Assembly (NCBI GenBank): GCA_963674705.1
Contig: OY771506.1
Span: forward strand, 1,504,001-1,568,000
DNA from: Phycisphaeraceae bacterium
GTDB lineage: Bacteria > Planctomycetota > Phycisphaerae > Phycisphaerales > Phycisphaeraceae
DNA: 64,000 nt
Direction of reading: 5' to 3'
Of the stretch, positions 50,813-60,081 are shown in pieces; position 1 is the first letter of the stretch; each line of letters starts with the position of its first letter. A program made the position numbers and the translations under genes. The notes below the pieces were generated by a model. It saw only the letters and a list, made by a program, of their open reading frames with translations. It searched no databases and was not told the DNA's origin.

Positions 50813-52075
50813 GTGATCCTATGTGCGATTGAAGATATCAGTGAAGGGATGCGGACGGCGGCGGCGGTATTCCACCCGCGCCGGCCGGACATGGAGCTGT
50901 TGGCGGCCGATGTCCCGCTCGATCGCAAGCTGCTGTACAAGCTGCCCAAGCTGGGTATCAAGCGCGTGTGGGTATCCGACGAAGCCACGGACGATCTGAA
51001 CGATCTGATCCTTGCCAAACCCAGTGAAGCTTTAAACAAAGCGTTCAGCACGCTCAAGGAAGACTTCGCCGCGATGTCCATGCAGACCGTCTCGGCGGGC
51101 AGCCTGCGGACGTATCGCCAGATCATCATGGACCTGATGTGCGAGTTGATCGCCAACCGGGATGTGGCTTGCGTGACCGAGCAACTGATCGGCGGGCCCG
51201 GCAGATTGTTCACGCACTCGGCGAACGTGGCGTACCTGTCCGTCCTGATCGGGATCGATCTGGAAACCTACATCGTGCAACAGCGCAGCCGACTGGACCA
51301 GCACCACGCGCGCGACATCACCGCGCTGGGCATGGGCGCGATGATGCACGACATCGGCAAGTCCATCCTGGAAGAACGGGCGGACACCGAAGTCCACGAG
51401 ATCGACATGGATGGCGATGAACTCACCGACGAGCAGCGCGATGACTACAAGGATCATGTGCTCAACGGGTACCGGATGTTGCAGGGGACGCGTGCACCGG
51501 CGTCTGCAATGCAGATCGTGCTGACGCATCATCAGCGCTGGGACGGCGAGGGGTTCCCGGATATGTCCGGCCCGACACGCAACCGTATCCGGGGCATGCA
51601 GCGCGGGGTTGATATCCATATCTTCAGCCGGATCGTCGCGGCGGCGAACCTGCTGGAAAACCTGATGACGCGCCTGGGCAATAAACGTCCCGCCATCTTC
51701 GCGCTGCATGAATTAAAAGACAAGCGATACGACGGCTGGATCGATCCGATCGTCCGCGACTCGGTGTTGCGGAGGATCCCTCCCTTCCCGGTCGGCGGGA
51801 TGATTACACTCAGCGACGGCAGGCCCGCGGTGGTCATCACGCCTAACCTGGTCCAGCCATGTCGGCCGATCGTGCGTCTGCTGGCGGAGGCCGATCGGTT
51901 GCCCGACGGTAAGCGTCCTCACCTGGACCTTGCGGAGCATCACGAACTGCATGTCAGCAACTTTGCCGGGGAGGATGTTGAGAAGCACCTGTTTTCGCTG
52001 GTTGAGGATCAGCCACTATCGACGAAGATCGTGCTTGAGTCGGATAACGCCCAGAAAAGACGCGAATCCGCCTGA
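50813..52075 (+). CDS. HD-GYP domain protein (degenerate motifs)
   Basis: HSANVA, MHDIGK, HHQRWDGEGFP, RIVAAAN; C-terminal PFPVG..LSDGR.AVV..P.RP.VR; GTG start after ggaga. Confidence 0.85.
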   Translation: MILCAIEDISEGMRTAAAVFHPRRPDMELLAADVPLDRKLLYKLPKLGIKRVWVSDEATDDLNDLILAKPSEALNKAFSTLKEDFAAMSMQTVSAGSLRTYRQIIMDLMCELIANRDVACVTEQLIGGPGRLFTHSANVAYLSVLIGIDLETYIVQQRSRLDQHHARDITALGMGAMMHDIGKSILEERADTEVHEIDMDGDELTDEQRDDYKDHVLNGYRMLQGTRAPASAMQIVLTHHQRWDGEGFPDMSGPTRNRIRGMQRGVDIHIFSRIVAAANLLENLMTRLGNKRPAIFALHELKDKRYDGWIDPIVRDSVLRRIPPFPVGGMITLSDGRPAVVITPNLVQPCRPIVRLLAEADRLPDGKRPHLDLAEHHELHVSNFAGEDVEKHLFSLVEDQPLSTKIVLESDNAQKRRESA

Positions 52076-52193
52076 GCCAAGGCCTGTTGCGGCTTAGCGA
52101 CCCCACTGGTTATCAATTCCGATACGATGTCGATGTGCATCACACGCTGATTGTGTATGTGCCTGCCGACCATACGAATCGAAGGAACCAGCT

Positions 52194-53105
52194 TTGAACC
52201 TCTCAGACATCCAGATCCGCGATCCTTATATCCTTCCGGTTGATTCCACGGGCATGTATTACCTCTACGGCACGACGGATAAGGAGCCTTGGGGGCAGCG
52301 CGGCGTCGGTTTTGATTGCTACCGCAGCAAGGACCTTCGAAACTGGGAAGGGCCGATCGAAGCGTTCAGGCCTTGGCAGGGATTCTGGGCGACGCGGCAC
52401 TACTGGGCGCCGGAGGTGCATGCGTACAAGAGCCGATACTTCATGTTCGCATCGTTTGTGTCGAATGAACGATTGCGTGGGACACAGATCCTTGTTGCGG
52501 ATAAACCGGAGGGGCCGTTCGAGCTTTGGAGTGATGGGCCGGTGACGCCGGAGGATATGCAGGCGCTTGATGGGACGTTGCATATTGATGATGAGGGTAA
52601 GCCGTGGATGGTGTTCTGCCACGAGTGGGTACAGGTGCTGGACGGTGCGATGGTCGCGATGCGCTTGAGTGATGATCTTAAGCAAGCGGAGGGCGAGCCG
52701 GTGACGCTGTTTCACGCCTCGGCGGCGCCGTGGGTGAAATCGTTCCGCGTGGATGATCCGAAGCGGTTAGTCAATCCCGATCCGAAAAGCATCGAAAAAG
52801 ACTTAACGGTGACGGATGGGCCGTTTTTATATCGCACAAAAAGCGGCACTTTGCTGATGCTCTGGTCGAGTTTCGGCAATAAGGGTTACGCGATGGGATT
52901 GGCGCGATCCGAATCGGGCAACATTCTTGGGCCATGGGTGCAGGATGCAGAGCCGTTGTGGGCCGAAGACGGCGGACACGGCATGTTCTTCCGCACGTTT
53001 GAAGGCGATCTCTACGTTACGCTGCATCAACCAAACAACACGCCGAACGAACGCGCGGCGTTTTATCGGTTGGTGGAGATGGGCGATGTTTTACGCTTGG
53101 CGTGA
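52194..53105 (+). CDS. Glycoside hydrolase family 43 protein
   Basis: IRDPYI, YYLYGT, WAPEV, LDGTL, HEW, DGPF, GGHG. Confidence 0.9.
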   Translation: MNLSDIQIRDPYILPVDSTGMYYLYGTTDKEPWGQRGVGFDCYRSKDLRNWEGPIEAFRPWQGFWATRHYWAPEVHAYKSRYFMFASFVSNERLRGTQILVADKPEGPFELWSDGPVTPEDMQALDGTLHIDDEGKPWMVFCHEWVQVLDGAMVAMRLSDDLKQAEGEPVTLFHASAAPWVKSFRVDDPKRLVNPDPKSIEKDLTVTDGPFLYRTKSGTLLMLWSSFGNKGYAMGLARSESGNILGPWVQDAEPLWAEDGGHGMFFRTFEGDLYVTLHQPNNTPNERAAFYRLVEMGDVLRLA

Positions 53106-53116
53106 ATCCTATGGCC

Positions 53117-53647
53117 CTAGCGCAGTGTATTCATGTCGCGCACGCGTCTTTCATGATTCACTTGCGAAAGCGCGGCCGGTTCTTTTTGCAATAGTTTGAC
53201 CAACTGTGATGAACTGACGCCCAGTACTGCGGCGGCTTTGCTGTGGTCGTAGCCCATGGCGGCGAGCAGGTCCATGGCTTCGGCGAGCAGTGTCGGGAAG
53301 TCGGTGTGGTCGGCGCTGAGGATTATTTTTTTGTCCTTGATGCGTGATTGCCACAGCGCGCTGGGCGGATCGGTCGGGTCTGGTAACTGCTCGCAGCGGT
53401 ACTCGATCGCGAGCTTGAGTCGCAGGCGTTTTAAGGCGATACGTTGATTATCCTGCTGGCTTCGGCGCTCGGTGGCGTTGGCGATCAGGCCCGTCGGCGT
53501 GTGCGAGAGTTCGATAGCGGTCTCGACCTTGTTGCGGTGCTGGCCGCCCGGGCCGGAGGCTTTGAATCGGCGGACTTTGCACTGCTTGAGCAGGTCGTCG
53601 GGGTCGAGGGCTGCGGGGTGGCGGCGGGATGGCTTTTGCTCGGACAT
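53117..53647 (-). CDS. Peptide chain release factor-like (GGQ) peptidyl-tRNA hydrolase
   Basis: ASGPGGQHRNKVETAI.L.H.PTG..ERRSQ..N; C-terminal HTH-like AAAVLGVSSSQLVKLL. Confidence 0.85.
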   Translation of the reverse strand: MSEQKPSRRHPAALDPDDLLKQCKVRRFKASGPGGQHRNKVETAIELSHTPTGLIANATERRSQQDNQRIALKRLRLKLAIEYRCEQLPDPTDPPSALWQSRIKDKKIILSADHTDFPTLLAEAMDLLAAMGYDHSKAAAVLGVSSSQLVKLLQKEPAALSQVNHERRVRDMNTLR

Positions 53648-53732
53648 GCGTCTATGGTATCGCGGTTGGACGTGATGCTTACACGCGGATCTGCGATCCG
53701 CCGCTAAACGTGGTTGGATGGAAAGGTAAGTA

Positions 53733-54659
53733 GTGCCGGACGCTGAACAAACCAAGGTAGATGGTAACCAGGCGGGGCTGCTTGCGGGGCTCGACAGGAC
53801 GATGAGCCATGGGCCGGGGATGGTCCGGATCGGGCCGTTGCTGTTGTGGGTGGCTTGCATGTTTGTGGTTGGGCTGGCACGCGATTGGGACTCGCGGACG
53901 CTTCCCTTTCTATATGGTTTGCAGTGTGTGCTTACGACCGCGATGCTTTGGCGGTACCGCAAGCATTTGCCGGAGATGACGCTGTGGTTCCACTGGACGG
54001 TGATTCCCTCGGCGGTGTTCCTGGTGGTGGGTTGGATCTTCCTGGGCTGGCTGATGGGCGGGCAACTGTCCGAGCGCATCGTCTGGCTCAAGGACGGCAT
54101 GCCGATCGATCATGCGCTGAACAGCAAGGGCGAGCCGCACTACTTCCAGACGATGAGTGGTGAGTACCCGGTGACGTACCAGGTGTCGATTTTCTTGCGC
54201 TTGCTGGGGATGTCGCTGATCGTGCCGTTTGTGGAAGAGATTTTTAATCGCAGCTTGTGTTTGCGTGCGATGCACTCTGCGAAGAAGACGAAGATCGCGT
54301 TTCTGCAGGTGTTGCACGACATGCCGGGGCTTGGCGACGTGTTGATGCACAAGCCGGCGGTGCGAGCGGCGGCGCAGCAGGAGCCGATGTTTACCAAGCA
54401 GTTTTACGAAACGCCGCTGGGGAAGGTGAGTGTGTTTGGAATAGCTGCCAGCACATTGATATTCATGCTCAACCACGTGCCACGCGATTACGTCGGCTGC
54501 ATCATGTGCGGCGTATTGTGGTGTTTGATGGTGAAGTGGACGAATGGCGAATCTCGCAAACGCAAACTCGGATTGGGCCCGGTGATCTGGTCGCACGGAT
54601 TAACCAACGCGCTGTTGTGGTGGTACACGATCGCTAGCGGGGATTGGCAGTTTCTTTAA
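53733..54659 (+). CDS. CPBP (CAAX prenyl protease-related) intramembrane metalloprotease
   Basis: VPFVEEIFNRS, F...H, SHGLTNALL, GDWQFL end; multi-TM. Confidence 0.8.
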   Translation: MPDAEQTKVDGNQAGLLAGLDRTMSHGPGMVRIGPLLLWVACMFVVGLARDWDSRTLPFLYGLQCVLTTAMLWRYRKHLPEMTLWFHWTVIPSAVFLVVGWIFLGWLMGGQLSERIVWLKDGMPIDHALNSKGEPHYFQTMSGEYPVTYQVSIFLRLLGMSLIVPFVEEIFNRSLCLRAMHSAKKTKIAFLQVLHDMPGLGDVLMHKPAVRAAAQQEPMFTKQFYETPLGKVSVFGIAASTLIFMLNHVPRDYVGCIMCGVLWCLMVKWTNGESRKRKLGLGPVIWSHGLTNALLWWYTIASGDWQFL

Positions 54660-54774
54660 ATCTCGGTGCAAGAATATGGCACCCCGGGGTAGCCCACACT
54701 TTATTTGTGCACAATTTGTTCACAACAAGTTGCGTTATTGGCTGATTATTTCGCGGCAGATCGTGCTTTTTGTG

Positions 54775-54802
54775 TTGACTTTATTTCCTGTAGTGGTAGA
54801 TT
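54775..54802 (+). promoter_or_regulatory. Sigma-70-type promoter of candidate sRNA
   Basis: TTGACT, 16 nt, TAGATT with upstream TG. Confidence 0.5.
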
Positions 54803-54808
54803 TGAATT

Positions 54809-54948
54809 GCACCAGGGACCGGAGGCCGGACAGACTTCCGGCAACCGGGGATACGCAAGAAACCGGACCCTGTCTAAGCCGACCGTATAAAGCCGAGTGG
54901 CCCAAACCAACGGACCCAACCGACTTTGTGTGGTCGGCTGTTTTTTTT
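54809..54948 (+). ncRNA. Candidate ~140-nt GGA-rich sRNA
   Basis: Own promoter and terminator between convergent genes; six GGA; three-way junction. Confidence 0.45.
54920..54948 (+). terminator. Rho-independent terminator
   Basis: ccgac tttgtgtg gtcgg ctg tttttttt. Confidence 0.7.
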
Positions 54949-54976
54949 ATTCCGGTTTAGTCAACATGCGTATTAG

Positions 54977-55582
54977 TTAAATGCGCTTTGTGTGTCGTGT
55001 CTTGTAGTCCGGGCCTTGGGGGGTGAGGCGGGATTCGATCAGTTTGATGGTTTTGACTTTGATCGAGCCCAGACCGATATCGTGCGAATCGTTGATCATT
55101 TGTCTGATGCTTTCAATCACGCGGCGGTCGGGGCTTCGTCGGCGTTTGACACGCGCCAAGGTGATGTGCACCGCGAACGGTTTATCGCGTGTTGGGATAG
55201 GTAGCCCGAGTGAATCAATCTGTCTATCTAATCTTTGTGTGATCTTCGGCAGACATCCAAGTTCGCTCGGCGCGGCAAAGACAACGCGCGGCTGCTGATT
55301 GGTTTTGCCTGGGTGCAGCTCGGGGAAATTTCCGACGTGTGTCAGCTTCAGATCGAAAACAGAAAGCCAGCCTTCGTTGCACGCATCTTCAACGGCAGAG
55401 TCGATTGCAGCGCAAAGTTGATCAATGTTTTCGTTGTCGACTTCATCCAGAAATCGCAGCGTGATGTGCATCGCGTCGGGCCGGACCGGTCTGACACTTG
55501 GGCCCATGTGCGAGAGCTGGTCGATCCGCTTTACGAGCGGCGCAAGCAGCGGGACATCCAGGCCGATGAACAGTCTTGCCAT
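54977..55582 (-). CDS. thpR: RNA 2',3'-cyclic phosphodiesterase (2H family)
   Basis: MARLFIG, two HITL motifs (HITLRFL, HITLARVK), PRV, S.LTPQGPDY. Confidence 0.9.
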   Translation of the reverse strand: MARLFIGLDVPLLAPLVKRIDQLSHMGPSVRPVRPDAMHITLRFLDEVDNENIDQLCAAIDSAVEDACNEGWLSVFDLKLTHVGNFPELHPGKTNQQPRVVFAAPSELGCLPKITQRLDRQIDSLGLPIPTRDKPFAVHITLARVKRRRSPDRRVIESIRQMINDSHDIGLGSIKVKTIKLIESRLTPQGPDYKTRHTKRI

Positions 55583-55681
55583 GGCGTCATGCTAACATGA
55601 CATGGCGGGTGGCTGGCACATTGTCCGGATGGGATAATGGTGACCAGGATCTGTGCCGAACTATTTTGGGAAACCACCTGT

Positions 55682-56785
55682 ATGACCACCTCCTGCAACA
55701 CACACCCGCGAACCGGACACTTTGATCGGTTGAACCAGCCTAAGACCTCGGCGGCGGCGTTGGGCTACCGGATGCCGGCCGAGTTTGAGCCTTTGGACTG
55801 CGTCTGGCTCGCGCCGCCGGATAACGAAGAAACCTGGCCCGGCTGCCTGGAGCAGGCGCAGCGGCAGTTTGCCGACTGGATGGACAAGCTGCGACAAGTG
55901 GTGACGGTGCGGACGACCCGTGAGTTGAATATCCCGGTCAATGACTCGTGGATCCGGGACTTCGGGCCGATCTTTGTGACGCGCGGCAAGTCGGCTTCTG
56001 CTTCATCGTCATCAGCGAACATTCCGGCCGGTGCGGCACTTACCGCCGGCTCCGCCCCCCCGCTTGCCTGCCATGACTTTCACTTCAATTCGTGGGGTGA
56101 GAAGTACGAGGTCCGGGACCTGGATGATGTGGTGCCGCAGCATGTCGCGAAGGTGCTGGGCCTGCCGATCTGGGTGCACGACTTTGTGCTGGAAGGCGGA
56201 TCGATCGAGGTGAACGGCCGAGGTACGGTCCTAACCAGCGAGCAATGCCTGCTGAACGCGAATCGCAATCCTGAGATGAGTCGCAAGCAGATTGTGGACA
56301 AACTGCACGAGACGCTGGGTACGCGACACGTGATCTGGCTGCCCGGGGGGATCGAGGGCGACGATACGGACGGGCATATTGATGATGTCGCTCGTTTCAT
56401 TTCGCCGGACACGGTTGCCATTATCGCCGCCGATCCGGGCCACCCGGACCATGCCATGACCCAAGCCAATATTGAGGCTTTGAGAGGTTCGACCGACCAG
56501 GACGGCAACGCGCTGAATATCGTTCAACTGCCTATGCCACAACCGGTTATGTATGAATACCCCGAGGGGAAATCACCTGTGCCGGCCAGTTATGCCAACT
56601 TCCTGATCGCGAACAAACATGTGTTTGTGCCGGTGTTCGGTCAGGTGTCCGATGAGCAGGCGCTACGGGTGCTGGATGATGTAATGAGTAGCTACAGCAT
56701 TGTCCCGATCCGGGCGGAGCACCTGGTCGTAGGGCTGGGTGCGCTGCACTGTTTAAGCCAGCAGCAGCCGGCGGTGGTTGTGTAA
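55682..56785 (+). CDS. aguA: Agmatine deiminase family protein
   Basis: MPAEFEP, WIRDFGP, LEGGSIEVNG.GT.LT, DTDGHIDD, SYANF, GALHCLSQQQP. Confidence 0.9.
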   Translation: MTTSCNTHPRTGHFDRLNQPKTSAAALGYRMPAEFEPLDCVWLAPPDNEETWPGCLEQAQRQFADWMDKLRQVVTVRTTRELNIPVNDSWIRDFGPIFVTRGKSASASSSSANIPAGAALTAGSAPPLACHDFHFNSWGEKYEVRDLDDVVPQHVAKVLGLPIWVHDFVLEGGSIEVNGRGTVLTSEQCLLNANRNPEMSRKQIVDKLHETLGTRHVIWLPGGIEGDDTDGHIDDVARFISPDTVAIIAADPGHPDHAMTQANIEALRGSTDQDGNALNIVQLPMPQPVMYEYPEGKSPVPASYANFLIANKHVFVPVFGQVSDEQALRVLDDVMSSYSIVPIRAEHLVVGLGALHCLSQQQPAVVV

Positions 56786-56928
56786 ATCTTGATTCGCCAG
56801 ACGTTTTCAGTAACATGAGATGTCCCGATTAGCTTGTGTTGGGCTAATCGGGTTATAATTGAAGCCGTCCTTACCTCGGGGTGGGGGCATCAAACCGTGG
56901 TATATGCATCAAATATGGAGACCTGAAT

Positions 56929-57180
56929 ATGTTGCGTCACACACTGATTCTGAGCTTGGGCCTGTTGGCCGCGATCACCTTGGGCTGTGAGAAGAAGAAG
57001 GAAGCCCCCGCCGCAGCGGATAAACCTGATACTGCGCAGATTGAGAAGGATGCGGACAAGGCTATGGATGAAGCCAAGGACACGATGGAAGAAGCCAAGG
57101 ACAAGGCTGGAGAAGTTGCTGAAGAAGCCAAGGACAAGGCCGATGATGCTGTGGATGCCATGAAGAAGGCGACCGAATAA
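56929..57180 (+). CDS. Small Lys/Glu/Asp/Ala-rich lipoprotein
   Basis: RBS ggag; lipobox TLG-C; repeated EEAKDKA units. Confidence 0.75.
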   Translation: MLRHTLILSLGLLAAITLGCEKKKEAPAAADKPDTAQIEKDADKAMDEAKDTMEEAKDKAGEVAEEAKDKADDAVDAMKKATE

Positions 57181-57205
57181 GCAGCAGTTGAACACGATTC
57201 AAAAT

Positions 57206-57237
57206 GAAAAACCCACGGTTTTGGCCGTGGGTTTTTC
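57206..57237. terminator. Bidirectional Rho-independent terminator
   Basis: gaaaaacccacgg ttttgg ccgtgggtttttc between convergent genes. Confidence 0.85.
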
Positions 57238-57261
57238 TATTTTAACAATTAACCTTGCGGT

Positions 57262-58041
57262 TCAATGCAGCGACTGATCGACTTCGTGCTCGGCCGCGAT
57301 CGGGCTCAGGGGTTTGTCGATGCAGGGAGCGTCCAGACGGACCGGGGCGCTGGAGCGTGACGGGGCGACATGCAACACCGCGTTGGCGAGGACCCGGCGG
57401 ACATCCTTGTGGTAGTAGATCGGGAAGGTCTCGTGGCCCGGGCGGAAGTAGAAGACCTTGCCTTTGCCGCGGTTCCAGGTGCAGCCGGAGCGGAAGACTT
57501 CGCCGCCCTCGAACCAACTGACGAAGATCAGCTCATCGGGGGTGGGGATGTCGAACAACTCGCCGTACATCTCGGTATGTTCGATCTCGAAGTACTCATC
57601 TTCCAGGCCGTCGGCGATGGGGTGGCCGGGCATCAGGCACCATAGCCGTTCCTTCTCGGCTGCCTCGCGCCAGCGCAGGGAGCAGGTCGTTCCCATGAGT
57701 TTCTTGAAGATCTTCGAGTAGTGGCCGGAGTGCAGGACGATCAGGCCCATGCCTTCCAGGACGCGCCGGTGGACCTTCTCGACGATCTTGTCGTCAACCT
57801 GGTCGTGGGCACAGTGGCCCCACCAGGTCATGACGTCGGTCTCGGCGAGCACCTTGTCGGTCAGGCCGTGCTCTGGTTCTTCCAGCAAGGCGGTGCGGAC
57901 CTGGACCGATTTGCCGAGATACTCTTCGATCGCGGTCTTCATCTCGGTTTGCATGCCTTTGGGATAAAGCTTTTTAACTGCATCGTTGGTGCGGTCGTGG
58001 ACGTGTTCGTGCCAGACTGTTACACGGATCGGGGCGGGCAT
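57262..58041 (-). CDS. thuA: ThuA-like trehalose/glycoside utilisation protein
   Basis: [54 protein letters not shown]. Confidence 0.9.
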   Translation of the reverse strand: MPAPIRVTVWHEHVHDRTNDAVKKLYPKGMQTEMKTAIEEYLGKSVQVRTALLEEPEHGLTDKVLAETDVMTWWGHCAHDQVDDKIVEKVHRRVLEGMGLIVLHSGHYSKIFKKLMGTTCSLRWREAAEKERLWCLMPGHPIADGLEDEYFEIEHTEMYGELFDIPTPDELIFVSWFEGGEVFRSGCTWNRGKGKVFYFRPGHETFPIYYHKDVRRVLANAVLHVAPSRSSAPVRLDAPCIDKPLSPIAAEHEVDQSLH

Positions 58042-58196
58042 ATCGGGGGTCCTGTCATAAGGGGTGGTTAGTATCCAGTCGGAACATGAGGTTTTATAGC
58101 CGATCTACTCTGACCGCAAACCGCCGGGCGCAAGCCGGTTCCGGGCAGAGTCGCCCCCACGTTCCCGGGTATGCAGTGGCGTTTAGGTCTATAATC

Positions 58197-60008
58197 ATGC
58201 CCATGACCGGCCGCACCCTACGCACGCTGTTCTGGGCCCTGTTGGCGTTGCTGATCGTAGCACAATCAGGCGCTACCGAACCAGAGACCACCCCCGCCGA
58301 TCCCGCCCTGCCGACCGAGCAGGTGCAGACGACGGACGCTCTACCTTCAGAGAATCCACAGGCTGATGCGGATGCATCCGAGCAGGTCGATCTATCAACA
58401 TCGACCCCGGCCCGGATGCCCAGCTCCAACATCGTCATCCCCTCCGGTGCGGACATCGCGGTGATTCCTATCTCTGGTCTTATCTATGACTTCACGCTGG
58501 AGAGCCTGGAGCGCCGGGTCGACAAGGCGATTGATGGCGGTGCGTCGCTGATCGTCATCGAGCTGGACACGCCCGGCGGCGTGGTGACCAGCGCCTTGAA
58601 GATGAGCAAGTACATCAAGGGGCTGTCGGTTCCCACCGTTGCGTGGGTGCATAATGAAGCGTACTCCGCGGGGATCATGATTGCTGCATCGTGCGATGAG
58701 ATTGTGATGTCACCCTCCTCGGCAACTGGCGATTGTGCACCGATCGTGCCGGGGATGAATCTCGATCCGACGGAACGCGCCAAGGCGCTTTCGCCGATCC
58801 TCGAAGAGTTTCGCGATAGTGCGCAGGTGAATGGTTACGACTATGCCATGTTCCATGCGATGTGTGTGCTGGGCGTCGAACTCTACATGGTGGAGAAGAA
58901 CGACGGCTCCGGCGAGCGGATGCTCGTGAACAAGGTGGACTACGAGGTGATGGTAAATGGCGATTCCCCGCAGGATCAGCCGTCGTCGGCACCGAACCTG
59001 CCAAGCGCCAAGGGGACGTCTTTGCCGGAGGTGAAAGATGTCGGCGCGGTGACGTTGAGTGTTGCCACGAGCGCTGACCGGGGCGCCTGGCACGCGGTGG
59101 AAGAATTACCGAGCGGTGCGAAGATTCCGGACGGCCGAGTGCATGATGGCAAAACACTGCTGACATTGAACCAGACGCGAGCGCTGGATGTTGGTTTATC
59201 CAAGCAAACGGTAGCGACGGAGTCGGCAATTAAGAGCCGGTACAACGCCGCCAATATTGTCACGATCACGCCGACGTGGAGCGAAGGCGTCGCCGCGATC
59301 CTGACATCGTGGTGGATGCGCATCATCCTGATCGTTGTGTTCCTGGTTGGCGCATTTCTTGAAATGCAGGCGCCGGGGCTTAGCCTGCCGGGCGGTGTTG
59401 CGATCGTGGCGTTGGGGCTGCTGATCGGCGCGCCGTTTGTCATCGGGCTGGCGGAGGTCTGGCACATCCTCATGTTTATCATCGGTTTTGTGCTGGTGAT
59501 CATCGAGCTGGTGATGATGCCGACCTTTGGCATACTGGGCGTGGTCGGATTGATGATGATGTTTGTGGGGATCGTGCTAAGCGTCGTGCCCTCGGGGCCG
59601 GGCTGGCTGCCCCCACCGGAGATGCAGCAGGTGATGATGCACTCGATCTTCGCCACGACCGTCGGGCTGATACTCAGCGGCATCGGGTTCTACTACATCA
59701 CCAAGCACTTCGGCAGCATCCCCGGGCTGAACCGGCTGATCCTCAATCACGTTCAACCGTCTGCGGCGACCGTCGGCATGGATGCGGCGGGGAACCCGAT
59801 CAAGGTCAGCGGCGATGAAGTACTCGGCGTAGGTCTGGTCGAGGTCGGCTCTGAAGGCAAAGCACTGACCGATCTTCGCCCCACCGGTGTTGCGGACTTT
59901 GACGGCAACCAGATCGACGTCGTGACCGTCGGCTCATACATCGAACAGGGTGAACGTGTTAAAATCGTCGAACTGCAACGTTACCGTATCGTTGTCGACA
60001 AAGCCTGA
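58197..60008 (+). CDS. NfeD family membrane-bound ClpP-class serine protease
   Basis: LDTPGG, AYSAG, E..APG TM region, C-terminal OB domain TDLRPTG..IDVVT.G.YIE.G. Confidence 0.85.
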   Translation: MPMTGRTLRTLFWALLALLIVAQSGATEPETTPADPALPTEQVQTTDALPSENPQADADASEQVDLSTSTPARMPSSNIVIPSGADIAVIPISGLIYDFTLESLERRVDKAIDGGASLIVIELDTPGGVVTSALKMSKYIKGLSVPTVAWVHNEAYSAGIMIAASCDEIVMSPSSATGDCAPIVPGMNLDPTERAKALSPILEEFRDSAQVNGYDYAMFHAMCVLGVELYMVEKNDGSGERMLVNKVDYEVMVNGDSPQDQPSSAPNLPSAKGTSLPEVKDVGAVTLSVATSADRGAWHAVEELPSGAKIPDGRVHDGKTLLTLNQTRALDVGLSKQTVATESAIKSRYNAANIVTITPTWSEGVAAILTSWWMRIILIVVFLVGAFLEMQAPGLSLPGGVAIVALGLLIGAPFVIGLAEVWHILMFIIGFVLVIIELVMMPTFGILGVVGLMMMFVGIVLSVVPSGPGWLPPPEMQQVMMHSIFATTVGLILSGIGFYYITKHFGSIPGLNRLILNHVQPSAATVGMDAAGNPIKVSGDEVLGVGLVEVGSEGKALTDLRPTGVADFDGNQIDVVTVGSYIEQGERVKIVELQRYRIVVDKA

Positions 60009-60081
60009 TACCCACTCACTTCAGTATCCGTGACAACGACAGGCTGGTGAATCAAAACTTCCAGCTCCCCGGAGGCACATC

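Noticed and set aside
54809..54948. SRP RNA or riboswitch
   Set aside because: No CAGG..GGAA..AGCAG SRP core, and no co-oriented downstream gene for a riboswitch.
58197..60008. NfeD lacking an adjacent stomatin/flotillin partner
   Set aside because: The partner may be encoded elsewhere; not informative from this window alone.
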